Below, one piece after another: positions 11,343-24,300 of a stretch of DNA of 64,000 bases. Every line of letters starts with the position of its first letter. Positions within the stretch are counted from its first letter, which is position 1. The stretch is from Euglena gracilis (Eukaryota), in the NCBI GenBank assembly GCA_039621445.1, contig CP154954.1:19888642-19952641 (forward strand), given 5' to 3'. Under the pieces are notes generated by a model, which had not been told where the DNA came from, searched no databases, and worked only from the letters and a program-made list of their open reading frames with translations. The position numbers and the translations under genes are program-made.

Positions 11343-13447
11343 ATGGCGTCCAGGGAGGCGATGCCCCCCCACGAGCTGGCGACCCTGTTGGACCTGGTCA
11401 AGGCGAAGCGGTCTGCCCCAGCCAGCCAGGTAGGGGTTGCGGTGGTCTCAGGAGACTCCGGGCGATGCTGGTATTCCAGTGTGCCAGCCAGATGAGTGCC
11501 TACGGGCGAAAAAAAAATATGCGGATGTAATAGATTTTTGCAAATTCGTACAAATTTTGAAAGAATCTGGGACCAAAAATGTCAGTACCACTGGGCCAGC
11601 AAACCTGGGCCCATGTAAACCCGTCATATAGCCTTCAAACTGGAAACCGATTGTTCCCATTATGTACCCCTGGATAGGTGTTCCAGTGTGCCGGCCGGAT
11701 TAGTGCCTACGGGCGCACGCACACATATGCGCGTGCACGCGCGACACATTCTGGTCTAACGTCGTGGCGCATCTGCCCCGGAGCTTCGGTCCACGTTTGT
11801 GTTGCATGCGTTGGCGTTGGTGTGTTGGCGTGGAGGTTGCGCTTGGCTTGTTTGAAAACGGGTGGATTGTTTCAAAGCAGACAGTCGTCCCACCTAGAGG
11901 TTGGGAGCGAGGGTCCGGTAAAAAAATTTATTCTGACGCACAGCACCAGAAAATAAGCAAAAAAAATCATTTTAGAATCATTTTCAAAGAACAATCAGGA
12001 TTTTTAACCAATTTTGGCCTGGTTTCCAGGCTTTTGCCAGTCCACAAAACCAAATATTTTCCCGGTCCCCTTCAGTTTCCCCTTCAGTTTTGAGGTGGGG
12101 GGGGTCCGGCCCACCTCCTTGTTTAGAGGGGTCCGGACCCCCCCCAGTGCACATTTTGGCGACGACTGCCCGAACATCCCTCACTGCCCCCCTCCCCCCA
12201 CCACGCCCAACCCTGGGGCCACTCTGACGGCGGAGGAGGCGACCCAGTACTGGCTGGACATGGCGGTGGAGGAGGTGAACACGCAGGCCCTCGCCGCGGA
12301 GACCAGGCTGGATTTTGAGGCGAGGTCGACCCCACCCCGGGCGGCTGCCTGCGTGCCGGGGTAGGCACTCCAGGGCAGGGGGGGTCCCTTCAGGGCAGGG
12401 GGGGGTTCGCCACATGGCCAAAGTTCCTGGGCACTCAGCCAAGGCTCTTCCGGCACCAAAGTCATTGGGAGTCCAGGAATGGTCTGCTTTTTGAGCACTT
12501 TCTTTGTGGCCCACAACCAGGCAGACACAACCCCCTGGGGGGCTCCCCGGGTTGGTCAAATGCAGCCTGTCACAGGCGGAGGTGGAGAGGCTGCGGAAGG
12601 AGCTCGCAGCGACGACAACAAAATGGGGCCGATGTGGCGGCCAACCTGAGTTTTGAGGCGGCGCCAACCCCACCTGAAGGGGGGGGGGGGTCTGCCTCGG
12701 CGCGGGCAGGAAGTAACCCCCAAAAAATGGATTTTCCCCAAGGCAGTGTTGGTCGTTATGTAGACAGCGCCGTGGGCACGGACTCATCGTAACACCTCTG
12801 ACAATGGGGGGGGGGGCTTTATGGGGCGAAGCCAGCTACACATCGCAGCAACGACAAAAGAGGGAGGGACCGGGAGTGGATCGCTTACCTGGTTGCCCTG
12901 AACGAGGTCCAAGGCACTCCATGCCTCTGATTGGCTGACCCTCGGCCCGGGCAGTGGCTTCCATTGTTCTTGCCCACTTTCGTTTCCTTGACGAAAGCAC
13001 CTTTCTCTTCAGCACATCCCCACTCGATAAATTGCAACGCAGTCTTGAAACAAAACAGGCCGGATACCCATTTTCTTTCAATCATGAAGATTCCGGATCA
13101 GCTTGTGATTGCTCTTTGTAACAAACCAACAGTTTGCATTTGATGGGTGGGCAGGGGTTTTTTTTAGTCTCGGACCCCCTCCTCCCCCCCGGGGGAGAAG
13201 GGGGCCGGGGGGGGGGGCACCCCAGGGGGTGGGTGGGTGGGTGCCAACCCCCTGCCCCCCCCTGGTCTTAAAAAACCCCCCTGTGGGCGGGGTTATGGAT
13301 CTGGCCAGGACAGCCGCCAGGCCAGAAACGAGCAGCTCCTTGCCAGGTGACATGGCACAGCACGTGGAGCGGCGGCGCACCGAAATTATGGAGTTGGAGA
13401 AGGATGTTGCGGAACTGGAAGCGAATATCAACCATCCTGTCGCTTGA
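11343..13447 (+). CDS. Coiled-coil protein of unknown function; exons 11343-11423, 12221-12319, 12576-~12660, ~13347-13447; possibly frameshifted or a pseudogene
   Basis: MASREAMPPHELATLLDLVKAKRSAPA | TLTAEEATQYWLDMAVEEVNTQALAAETRLDFE | AEVERLRKELAA ... VERRRTEIMELEKDVAELEAN. Nonconventional intron 11424-12220 (AGC-CAGG...CCTG-GGGCC) and GC-AG intron 12320-12575 both keep frame; the 3' part is unresolved. Confidence 0.55.
13152..13283. mobile_element. hAT-like MITE with CAG...CTG termini
   Basis: caggggttttttt ... aaaaaacccccctg; 8-bp TSD tgggtggg/tgggcggg. Confidence 0.75.
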
Positions 13448-16400
13448 AACCACCAGATGATAACCAAAGGAGCTCAGGATTTTTAGATAATTGTGCTGGA
13501 TTCTTTTCCAATTGATCAAAATTTCTAAGATCACAGATGGCAGAACCCGCATGAGGGCAGAGGGGGTAGGAGGGTGGTGTGGAACCGATATTTTCCAATT
13601 TGGGGGCTTGGGTGCAGAATAGGGTTTAGGTTTAGTTTTAGGGTCAGCATCAGGGCTTGGGTTATGAACAGATTTTGTCCAAAACCAGCAAACAAAGCAC
13701 AACACCTGAATTGAGTTTGGGTTCGTTTTGTTTTTTTTTCCCATTCAAAGTTGTGTATCTATACTCCATCAGAAAACAATATTTTAGTAAGACACGGAAC
13801 AAACTCAAACCCCTGCCCCCCCCCGGGGGGTCTGTTTTGGGTCCAGTTTTTGCATTTCAACCTCTTGTTGAGTTTCGGCAATGTGCTCAATTTAATGGGA
13901 ATTGGACGCATGGGGTGGGGTTGGGGCAAAAAGCCCCACCCCAAACTCCGGTGGAGGGGTCAAGGTCGGGGCTCCAGCCACGAATGAGAGGGGGCAACCA
14001 ACCCACTACTCCTCCCAGATGACGCCCCCCGATTTGCCGTTGTTTCTTCTGCTTTTGGTGTTCGTATTTCACATTTGTTTTTTTGGGGGGGAAGATAGGA
14101 GTGCAGCCCGGTGGGTGTACGAGGACATGATTATGATTTGCACCCACCCCCACTAAATAGACCCAAAAACAAGCCGTGAGACCCCACCTTGGGGTCATTC
14201 ATAGGGGGGTCCACAGGTCACACAAGCCAAAGTGTAAAGCCCTAGGGTGTGGGTGACCCCACAAGCGAGGCATACCCCCCAAGGGAAGCTGGGAAAAGGC
14301 ACCAGTACCAAGTCGATGCACACCTCATATCCGAGCCACTCACTCAAACTTGAGTGAAGCATCCAGCAAGGGAAGGGGGAGTGCACGCTAACTCCTGTTG
14401 TTTCAGAAAAATGTGGGTTGAGTTTAAATTGTGGGTTAGGTCGGAAGTCGCATTCGCATCATGTGCCTCGTGGGAGGGACCATGGGAAAAAACTTGGCAA
14501 AAGGGAGAGTTTTGGCTCTGATTGTTGTTCTGGACATTTGAGTTTACAAGACACACTGTACAACACAGCATAAGTGCAGAACTTGGTCGCGAAATGTACC
14601 CTGTTTTATTTTTATTCATTTGTTTTTGATGCTTCTGCGAACAATTCAAGTGCAATGCTTCGAATGTCCGCACCATGGCCCCGAGGTACACATGGTGAAC
14701 CCCACACACGCCAAACGTAGTAGCACACTCGGCACATGCAAAAAAAACTGGGAGGGGTTTTCGACTCATTTCATTCAAATGCATTCATTATTGATTTTGG
14801 TTGGATTTTGGTTGTGCAAGGTTCAGCTCAGTTCCACAATGGAAATGTCTGGAAACGTCTAGAGAAAAGGTGACAAAATTGTTTTTGAACCATTTGGGAC
14901 ACTCTCAAATAACTCCTCCCCAAAATGACATGCGGCATGGACAAAATGACATTTGGGTTTTTAGAGAAGCCATTTTCTACACTTTCGACAGGAGGGCAGG
15001 AAGACTTTCGAAGGAGGGCATTTCGGGGGGGATTAAGGTTGGTGAGAAGGTGGATTTTTTTCTTCTCCCCTCAGTTTGAGCCCGCAGGATGGCATGGGCT
15101 CCCAGGGCTGAGGGTGGCTCGGGGGGCTCGTTGCTGCCAAACTGCTCCGCACTCCCCGCACCCTCACCAGGAGCTGCTTAGAAGCGTTTTGTCCAAACCA
15201 TTGTTGAGTGTGTGTTCCAGCCCACCACCCCCAGGGGAGGGGGTGACTTGCTGTTGTTGTTTTTTCTTCGAAAGTGACCCCCCAGACCGACCCTGGGGGG
15301 AGTACTCAGGATCCCCCAAAGGGTTTCCTCCCGGCACCAAAATTTTTGGCAATTTTTTTGAAAAGTTTTTGCGACGTGCCATTTTGGGTCGATGACCACA
15401 CGAAGGTGTGGGGACTCCGGACCAAAATCATAATTTTGTCTTTCCACTGTTCAGGGGGTCAGACCCCCCAGGTGACCTGGGGTCCCTTACGCTGGGCCAT
15501 CCATGCATACATGCAGCCCTTTTTGGCGCCGCCCCCCCCCCCAAATCAAAATTGGTATATTTTAAATGCAGAGCAGACCCCACCAACATTGTGCCACTCT
15601 GTTGGAACCAATTTGGTTCAGACGTTCATCCTGGCCTTGTTGTTTGCGATGGTAAAGTTTTTATTTGGCAAAGGCCTCTCGGGGGGGGGGGGGGTTGCTG
15701 AGCACATATTTTGCGTATATTTTGCATATTTATGCATATTCAGGGCATATTCTGAGTTTTTCAGGATTTTCCCACTGCATACTTTGTTCGTTCCCGCTTA
15801 TTTTTTTGAATGTTTTCTTCATCTTATTCGGGCCGTTTTGAATTGCTTCCAACCATTTCAGGCCATTTACTTCCATTTTGGGGACGGATTTTCGACCTTT
15901 TTTTTGGGCGATTTCGGACCCTTTTTTTTGCCATTTTGACCAAAAAGTAGTCAATAAGTGGTCTAAAACGGCCCCAAAATGGCGAAAATGGTGGGAAATG
16001 GTCCGAAAACAGCTGATCGTGGCTGGGTTTGGGCTGAAATGGCCCTAAAATGGCTTGAAATGACTTGCTGGGTCACCTGAATATTTCCAGTTCCCGAAGA
16101 ATTGCATATTTTCTGCATATTTAGCACACATTCCCACATATCTTAACGCATATTTGGGGGGGGGGCTTTTAGCACATATTTCCCCTGCCCTGTTATCTGT
16201 CGCAGAAGGCTGTCAGCTTTGCTCTCAGCCTTTCGAACCAGACTTCTTTTTCCTTTTTTTTGCATTTGCAACCAACACCACACAGTTATGTATGGCCATG
16301 AACCAATTCGTCGTGCAGATAAAAATTATGGCAAGTTCTTCTTGTCAGTTTCAACGTGGCGAACCTGCCCCCATCCAAAAAAAAAATTCATCAGCAAGCA

Positions 16401-16836
16401 ACCAAACCCATTGAAGGCCCAGCAGTGGGCAAGAAGCCCAGACAACAACAGAACACCATTCCGTTGTCATCAGCAAAGACCCAAAAAAAATTCAAGTTTG
16501 GGCACAAAAAACCTTCAGACTGGCAAGCCCAGCCCGCAAGGCAAAGGGCCCCTGCATGCCCAGATGGAATCAGGGGCAAGGCATTGGAAAGCCAGGGCCA
16601 TGGAGGCCACGTCCCGTCGGACGGGGGAGAAAGGCAGGAGGGCACAAGAAGACTCAGGCAGCGCGAGTTCCCCAAAAATTCTTGACCCTGGAAATTCTGG
16701 GCCCCTTGCGGGGCACAAAATTGCCAAGAGGACAGGAATTGTTTCCTTAACAGAAATTGGCCAGATCTTTCCTTCGCCTGCTAAAGGAGTTTGTGGCACT
16801 CAAAAAGATGATTGCTGCCGCCCGGGGCCTGTGTTT

Positions 16837-19800
16837 ACACCTCGGGCTCCGCACTTTGCCCTTGCGAGGCCATGCCTTGATCGCCGGCGGTGCTGCCTGG
16901 ATTGTTTTCTGCGTTGGGTTAGGAGTCCTTGCTTAGTGCCTTTTTTTGCCAGACCTGGCTGATTCCTAATTTGCCCTTCGACACCCAGAAGACAGGAGCA
17001 TCAAATACCACACCAATTGAGAAAAGAAGAAGACAATCAATCAATTCAAATTATCGTGCAGAACCTCAAATTAAAAGTTGCTGAATTTTTCGACAGCATT
17101 CAATGAAAGATGAAACTTCAAAGAAGCACCGCGCTGGAGAACTTCAAGCGGGAGCAGCAGCAGAAGCTGGACAACCTGACGACGCGGGTCGACTGTTGGC
17201 GAACCCTGGCTGTCCCTTCCCCAAAAGAAACTTCCCCCACAAAATTTTCAGCTCCCAAACCCCCCAAAGTGATGGCCACGGACCCTGGCAGACAGTGGTC
17301 AGAAGACCCCGCAAAGGGGCAGAAGCAACATCCACCAGAAGGCCACTACGGCCATTGGCTCCAGGGCCATGGGGGCCAACATTACACAACACACAATGCA
17401 TCCAAGCGGGGCTATGGCAGCTAAAACCGCACAGGCCATGAAGGCAGCAAAGGCCATGAAGGCACAACCGGCCATGAAGGCATCTACATCATCAAAAGTC
17501 GCTGGAACAAAGGCCAAGGGGGCCACCAGTACCAAGGCCCCACAGGACATGGCAGGTGCAGAAAAGTTCAAACACACAGACCCCATCCTTTCTCACTCAC
17601 ATCACCCCTCAGGGGTCAAGGGTGGGGCCCCAAGAACCCCTCAAGGCTTCAAACGGGCTAGGCAGCCAAACCACCTCAGGAGTAAAGGAGTAGCCACCAG
17701 AGGCCCCCCAAGACTTTCAATGCGCATGGCGTCCCAAATCAAAGAAAAGTGAATGGAGCCAAGATTGTTATCAACCAGACCAACCGTTTCAAGGCCATTG
17801 GGGCCATCAATTATCAGAAGGGGCGCAACCCCAGAAGCTAAAAGATTGTCCCCCAACAGGGGAATTGTATATACTACCCCAGTGGCAGGCCCAGGAGGAT
17901 GCCCCCCAAGGGGCAGTGGAGGACAAGGGGGTAGCCCCCCCTCAAGTTTCTTGTTCAATGCCCATGGAAGGGGCAAGTCAAAACAAGGGGGATACCCAAC
18001 AAGGGGCTACTATGGTATGTCTAATGACAACACCAATGACAAAGTGGAGGATCAGAGAGTCTGTGAGAAGAGCATGCACACCCCCCCAGCAACCCTTGCG
18101 GAATGTTCAATCCCAAGGGGCAATGTCCAACACCCCCCACCCAAGCCCCAGAAAACCACCTGATTGGGAAAATAAATCCATGGAGGAAAAATGAGGAGAC
18201 ACCCCCCTACACCAGAGGCTTCAAAAAAGTCTAAAATGGTGGTCAAAAAATGCCCCCCCCCCCAGCAAAATGTCAATTGATAAAAAATGGAATTCAACCC
18301 CCCTCGGTGAATCGCCCAAAATTGTCCACCCACCCAAAACCCAGAGCCAACCTGGACCTGAACCAAGCAGAAAAAATTCTGCTGGATTACAAAAAAACTG
18401 GGTAAGTGAAACCAGTTTGGGATTCAGAAACCCAGCATTTGATCCCATGGATTTTAATTTCAAAACCAGAGGGGGGAACAACCAAGTAAAGAATGATCAG
18501 CGACTGCAGAGAAATCAATCAGAAATTTCAAGTAAAACCTTTCAAGCTGGATCATATCCAGCACATCTTTCCAGTTTTGGAAAAAGGCCACTGGGCAGCA
18601 AAAATAGACCTCAGGGATGCCTGTTTTCATATTCCAGTAAGTTCAGGCCTAACGCCATTTTTGAGACATCAGGTGGGGGGGGGGGCAGACCTGCGGATTT
18701 CAAACAGGCTGCTTTGGGCTAAAAGTAATGCCCCAAATTTTCATGTCAGTCGTGAAAACTTTCGAAAAGCTCTGGAGGAAAAGGGGCATCCAGGTGTGTG
18801 TTTTCCTGGACGACATTTTGCTGGTGGCCCCCGCCAAAAACACTTTGCAAAAGCACCTGAACACAGTTGTCAAATATTTGCTGGATTCTGGGTTCATAAT
18901 CAATGTGAAAAAGTCCACCCTCCAGCCCGCCCAAGTAGTTACCCATCTGGGTTTTCAACTGAACTTCCAGGAAGGAAAGCTACAGGTGCCTCCTCAGAAA
19001 GTCAAAACCATCAAAAAGGAACTGGGAAAAATTGTGAATAAAGATTACGTGTCAAAAAGGCAGTTGGCTGCCATTTTGTGTCAAATAAGATGCAATCTAA
19101 TTGCCCTACCCTTTTTAAGGGCTTTTACGGACACCCTGGCAATTTTTTTGGTGGCAAAGTCCACAGCCCCCTGGGACTCAAAACATCCCATTTCTCAGGA
19201 AATCAAGGCCCAGTTAAGGGAAATAAAAATTCTGCTGGACACCTGGTGGGGAGGGGGGGGGGCAGACCCTTCCCCCAAAATGCAACCAGAGATTTGCACT
19301 TAGACAGCAGCACCAATGCCTGGGGGGGGGGCTGGACATCCACACAGGAGAACTAGTGCAGGAATTATGGAGAAAAGACTCCATTTTACACATAGATGTA
19401 AAGGAGCTCAGTGCAGCAGCTCAGTGCAGCAATCAGCACTGTGAAAAGTTTGAGCAAACCTGTGGAACAGTTTCTTTGTCTGTAGACAACCAGGTAACTT
19501 ACTATTACCTGACCGAAGGGGGGGGGGCAAAAAGGACCCTTTCAACACAATGTTAAGCCCATTTTTCAAATGGTGCATAGAGCACCAAGTAAACCTCCAA
19601 GTCAACTGGCTGCCTTCAAAAGAATGCCGGCAGACCCCATAATCAGATGAAAAACCGACAAGGGGGATTACTCCTTGGACCCCCAACTTTTTCAATGGTT
19701 AAGACAGCAATTCCAAAATTGCAGAAATTTGGAAACAGATGTATTTACCTCCCAGGCAACAATTTTGTGGCCAGATGGCCCCACTTGGATGCCACAGCCG

Positions 19801-21343
19801 TAAATGCATTACAATGTCCACTGGAAAACATGGGGGATCTTTATGCAACCCCCCCCCCTTGATCAAAAATTCAAAAAATTTTACCCAGGTCGAGAATGTT
19901 TCCCCAGACCAAAGTTTTGATGGTCACCCCCTACTGGTATTCAGCCACCTGGTGGCCCCAGTTAATAAAAATGAAAGTTCCAGGGACCCCCTCCCTTAAA
20001 ATCACCCCCACAAGGGTATGTTAACCAATTGCAGGGGGGAACAAATGCCACCCCCCAGGTGGCCCCTTCTTTGCATGATTTTTGCTCAGGCAAGCATTGG
20101 AGGAGAAACAAATTCAGGTTAAAACCATTAGCGATTTCCTGGGGAGAAACCCCAGTTTAAAACGTTATCAGAGTGCTTTTGCACTTCTGTGGGTTGGAGC
20201 AAATGGGGGTGCCCCCCCTGAAGCCACCGCAGACGATGTGGCTGACGCTTTAATACAATTATTCCAATTATTCAAGGCCCAAGCCGGTAATGCATATAGT
20301 GCAATGATTTTAATTCCTGGGTTTGGTGGGCTAAGATTTCACACCATGTTGAACCCTTACAAGAGGTTTTGGCACCAAAATCTGGAGAAGCCTCCTGGGG
20401 CTGGCCAAGGGGCCAATGCCCACTGATATTTGTACATTGCGTACACAACTTATTTTTTTATCACAAATACTGTGTTTATAAAGGTCCTCTGACTTGGCAC
20501 AAGTCAAACGTACCACCAGTGTGCTGGGAAGGGCACCCTATACAAAAAAGCGTAAACGCCAGAAGTTTTACAAGTGGGAGACGGTGGTGTCCATTCCCAA
20601 ATGTCCACAAATAAGCCCCTTTCATTTAATGATGTCTTATGTGGCTGCCACACGTTCATTCGTCAGATAGGGGGGGCCCTTCTGATTTCATTAAAACCCC
20701 TCTTCAGGGCCATAAGTGCAGACACCGTGGCTTCTATCACAAAAGACTTTTTGGCAAAAAAGGGGTACCCCCCCAAGTGTGGAGGGCACACTCCACCAGA
20801 TGATTGGTTTACTCAAAAAAATGGGCCTTTCGGCCCAAGAATTTTGTGAAATTGGCCAGGGGAAGGGGGTGGAGCTTTTACAGCCCACTATCAACGACTT
20901 AGTGCCCAAGGTGCTCTGGAAAATGCCCTGGCCCCCCTAATTTCAGTGCACAGTCCGGCCTCACAAGGGCAAAGTGCGGAGCCCGAGGTGTTTCGTACTC
21001 CTTCGAGGAAAAACGACCAAGGAGGAAGGGACACCGAGGGCGAAGCACAAATACCTTGTGAGCCCGACCCCCCCACCCGCAGAAGAAGAAATGTCTTCAA
21101 AAGCCCTCGGTCAGAAAACGGGGCCAGGGGGGGCAGAGGGGGGGGACCCCCAGGTGCAAGAAGTCACGTCGCCAGGTCGGAGCAGCATCGTCAGCCAACT
21201 CCGGCGAGTCTGCACTAAGCAGGGACTCCTAACCGAACGCAGCAAACAATCCAAACAACACCGCCGGCATGGCCTCACAAGGTCTTTGTGCTTCGCCCTC
21301 GGTGTCCCTTTCTCCCCGGTCGGTTTTCCTTGAGGGAGTACGA
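16837..21343 (+). mobile_element. DIRS1-like retrotransposon A1 (family A), full length but frameshifted
   Basis: Left ITR acacctcgggctccgcac...; RT FLDD (ORF 18728-19303), RNase H, MTase and YR remnants; ICR 20957-21064; right ITR ending gggagtacga. Confidence 0.92.
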
Positions 21344-21385
21344 TTTTTTTAACCCTCAGCCCCACTGCTGGGGAGATAAGGCAGA

Positions 21386-24300
21386 GACCATTCGGGCTCC
21401 GCACCTCGAGGTGGTGAGGTGAGGTCCTGCTTTCCTTGCCGGCTGTTCTGTTCCGGTGTGTTTGTGTGCGGGGGGGGGAGAAAGAATTTGACTACTACGA
21501 GTTCAACTGAAATCATTGAAGAGAATTATTCCACTCACGAAGTCCATCACTTTTTCAACTGGTGGACCAAACTTCTTTTTGCGGACCTTCGATTTCCAGG
21601 AAGAAGAATTCACCTCTGTGAGTTCAACTGGAATTATTCCTCAAGTGTTGCAATTACGAAATTAAGCAACAACTGGACTTCCATGAAAGAATGAACTTCA
21701 AATAAATTCAGCCTGCCAAGAAGAACTTCAAAGAACTCCAAGGGAGCAGCTGAAGTTGGGAAGGTGGAGACACCGCAGCAGCTGCAGAAGCTGGAGGGGC
21801 GGCAACACGTCAGTCCGTGGCCATCACAAACACCCCCCCCCACCCCCCACCACATCAGATATTTCAAAATCCCCCCACTCAATGTAATAATGGCCATATA
21901 CCATGGACAACTGTGGTCAGGAAGACAAGAAGACAGAATGGAAATACCATCACAGGTCCAACATACTCCCCCCTTTTTCTCTCTCCCCCCCTTCCAGGGG
22001 ACAAGGCAAGGGATATGGCAGCCTTTCAAGAAATATAAGAAATTCAAGGGATTCAAGTCAAAATCAAGGCTATGGCAGCCATCATCCAAAAGGACTTGGG
22101 GTCCGGAATAAAGGCTATGGCAGCCATCATTCAAGATGGCACTGGGCCCAGGTGCAAGGCTATGGCAGCCAGCATCCCAGCCTGGAAAGATCCCATTGGG
22201 AAAATGAATATCCAACTTTCCCTCCAGCATCTTCAAACACAAACCCCCCAAGATCAGCAAGACAATGCCAAAATCAGGCCATGGTGGCTTATATGGTGAA
22301 TCAAGAGGGACAGAGAGAAGAGACAACAGAAGTTCTGGAGAGAAGGCCAATGGAGCCCAGGCAGGCCTATATGCCAATGGAGGCCAAATGGCCCTGAAGA
22401 CAAATGGTGGCCAATACAATCAAGGCCATCCTCACCACATCAGCCCTTGGGGGGGGAGGCCCAAGATTGGCTCAGAAAGGCCCCTCCCAGAAGATAACCA
22501 GCCCAGACACCCCAGCTTTATTTGTACCACCCCACTGCAGACACAGACTTTCCCCCATCAATTAAAAACAGGGGGAAATCCTGTCTTTGGGAAGCCCTAT
22601 TGCAGGGCCAGCTGCATCCCCGGTGATGGGGTAGCCAGAGGTGACCCCAGTGATGGGGCAACCAGGGGGAAGGACCCCTGTGATGGGGCCTGTGGAAACC
22701 CCAGACACATTACACCCAGCGGTGCCCCCTCACAAGCCCCTGCAGTCCAGCATTCCCCATTCTGTCAAAGCAGGTGCCAGCAGAGAGGTATTGAACCTGA
22801 TAAGGGAGGGGGTTATGGCAGATCTTCCCCTCCCCCCTCAGATCTCCTTAAAAGTTCCCTTCAAAAACCTCCAAGAAATAGTGACTGCCCAGAAAATTCT
22901 GAGAGAATACGAATGTGCGGGGGGGGCAAATCCCCCCATAAGTGGCAAAACATTTCGCACCTTACTTCATAATTTCCAAAAAAAAAGAGGGGAAAAAGGA
23001 AAAAGGAGAGACTAATTTCAGATTGTCGACAGTTAAATCACCATTTCACCCCAGACTTGAACACATGGCAAACATCTTCCCATACTTAAGAAAAGGTTGG
23101 TTCTGTGGAAAGATCGATCTGAAAGACGCTTATTTTCACTTAAAGCTGCACAGCAGCCTAGAAAATTTTTTTTGCATGCAAGTGGGGGGGAAATTTTGCA
23201 ATTTCAAGCTGCATACTTTCGTATAAGCAGCCTGCCACAATACTTATTGACTCCATTGAGAGTCTGGGGAAGAAAATGGAGAAAGGAAGGAAAGGTAGTT
23301 TTTATATACCTGGACGTCATTTTGGTGTTAGCCCCCAGCAAAAAGACAGCAACCCTGCATTAGGCAGAAGTGAAAAAAGATCTCTTACCAGCAGGTTTCA
23401 GAATAAACCTCCCCAAATCATGTCTGGAACAAACACAGGAAATACAGCATTTGGGCCAGTGGATCAATTTGAAAAAAGGCCAACTGGAATTTCCACAGGA
23501 AAACTAACATACTTAAGAAAGGAGTTAGGAAAGGTGCTGACAGCACAAAAAATGAGCTGCAGAAAACTCAGCTCTATTGTGGGGCAAGTCAGAACCTATT
23601 TACTTTCAATGCCTTTTCTCAGAATTATGACAGATCAACTCTGCAAAATGGTGGATTCGCACACCAAGTGTTGTTGTGACCACACCTTGACCATTCCCCA
23701 GGGAGTCGAAGATCAAATTGTGGAGTTAAAAGCGTTTTTGCAGCCAGGTGTGGGCAGAGACTTTCAATCCCAGCATCTCAGGAACTCTTCTCAGCAGCAC
23801 CTGGCAATGGGGGGGGGCTGTACAAAGATTAAGGCCAAAAGGTGCAGGACTTTTGGAGGGACCTGCATGTCCTTCATATCAATCAAAAAGAGTTGCATGC
23901 TGCAGTGGAAACTGTAAAAGCTTTGGCCAAACCAAAAGCAACATTTTTGCTTCATGTGGACAGCCAGGTGGCTGTCAGTTACTTAACAAAATGGGCAGGC
24001 AAAAAGCCATACCTAAATTCCGTCCTGAAACCACTGCTGTATCATTGTCAGTAAAAACAGATCAATCTGCAGGTGGTTTGGGTTCCCACAAAGGAGCAAT
24101 TGGCAGACTCCTTGACCAGGGAACAAAAGGATACAGGTGATTATCCCCTAAACCTGAACATCTTTCACAAAATTGTGCAAAATCTCAGAAAGGACATAAC
24201 CCCAGAGGTGGACATGTTTTGCACCCCCAGGAATAAAAAATTCACCAAGTTCGTTTGTCGATACCCCCACAAAGGAGCTTTGCTGGTGGATGCATTGATG

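Noticed and set aside
14344-14784. Cys/His-rich minus-strand ORF as a transposase zinc finger
   Set aside because: No further recognisable transposase motif; needs a profile search.
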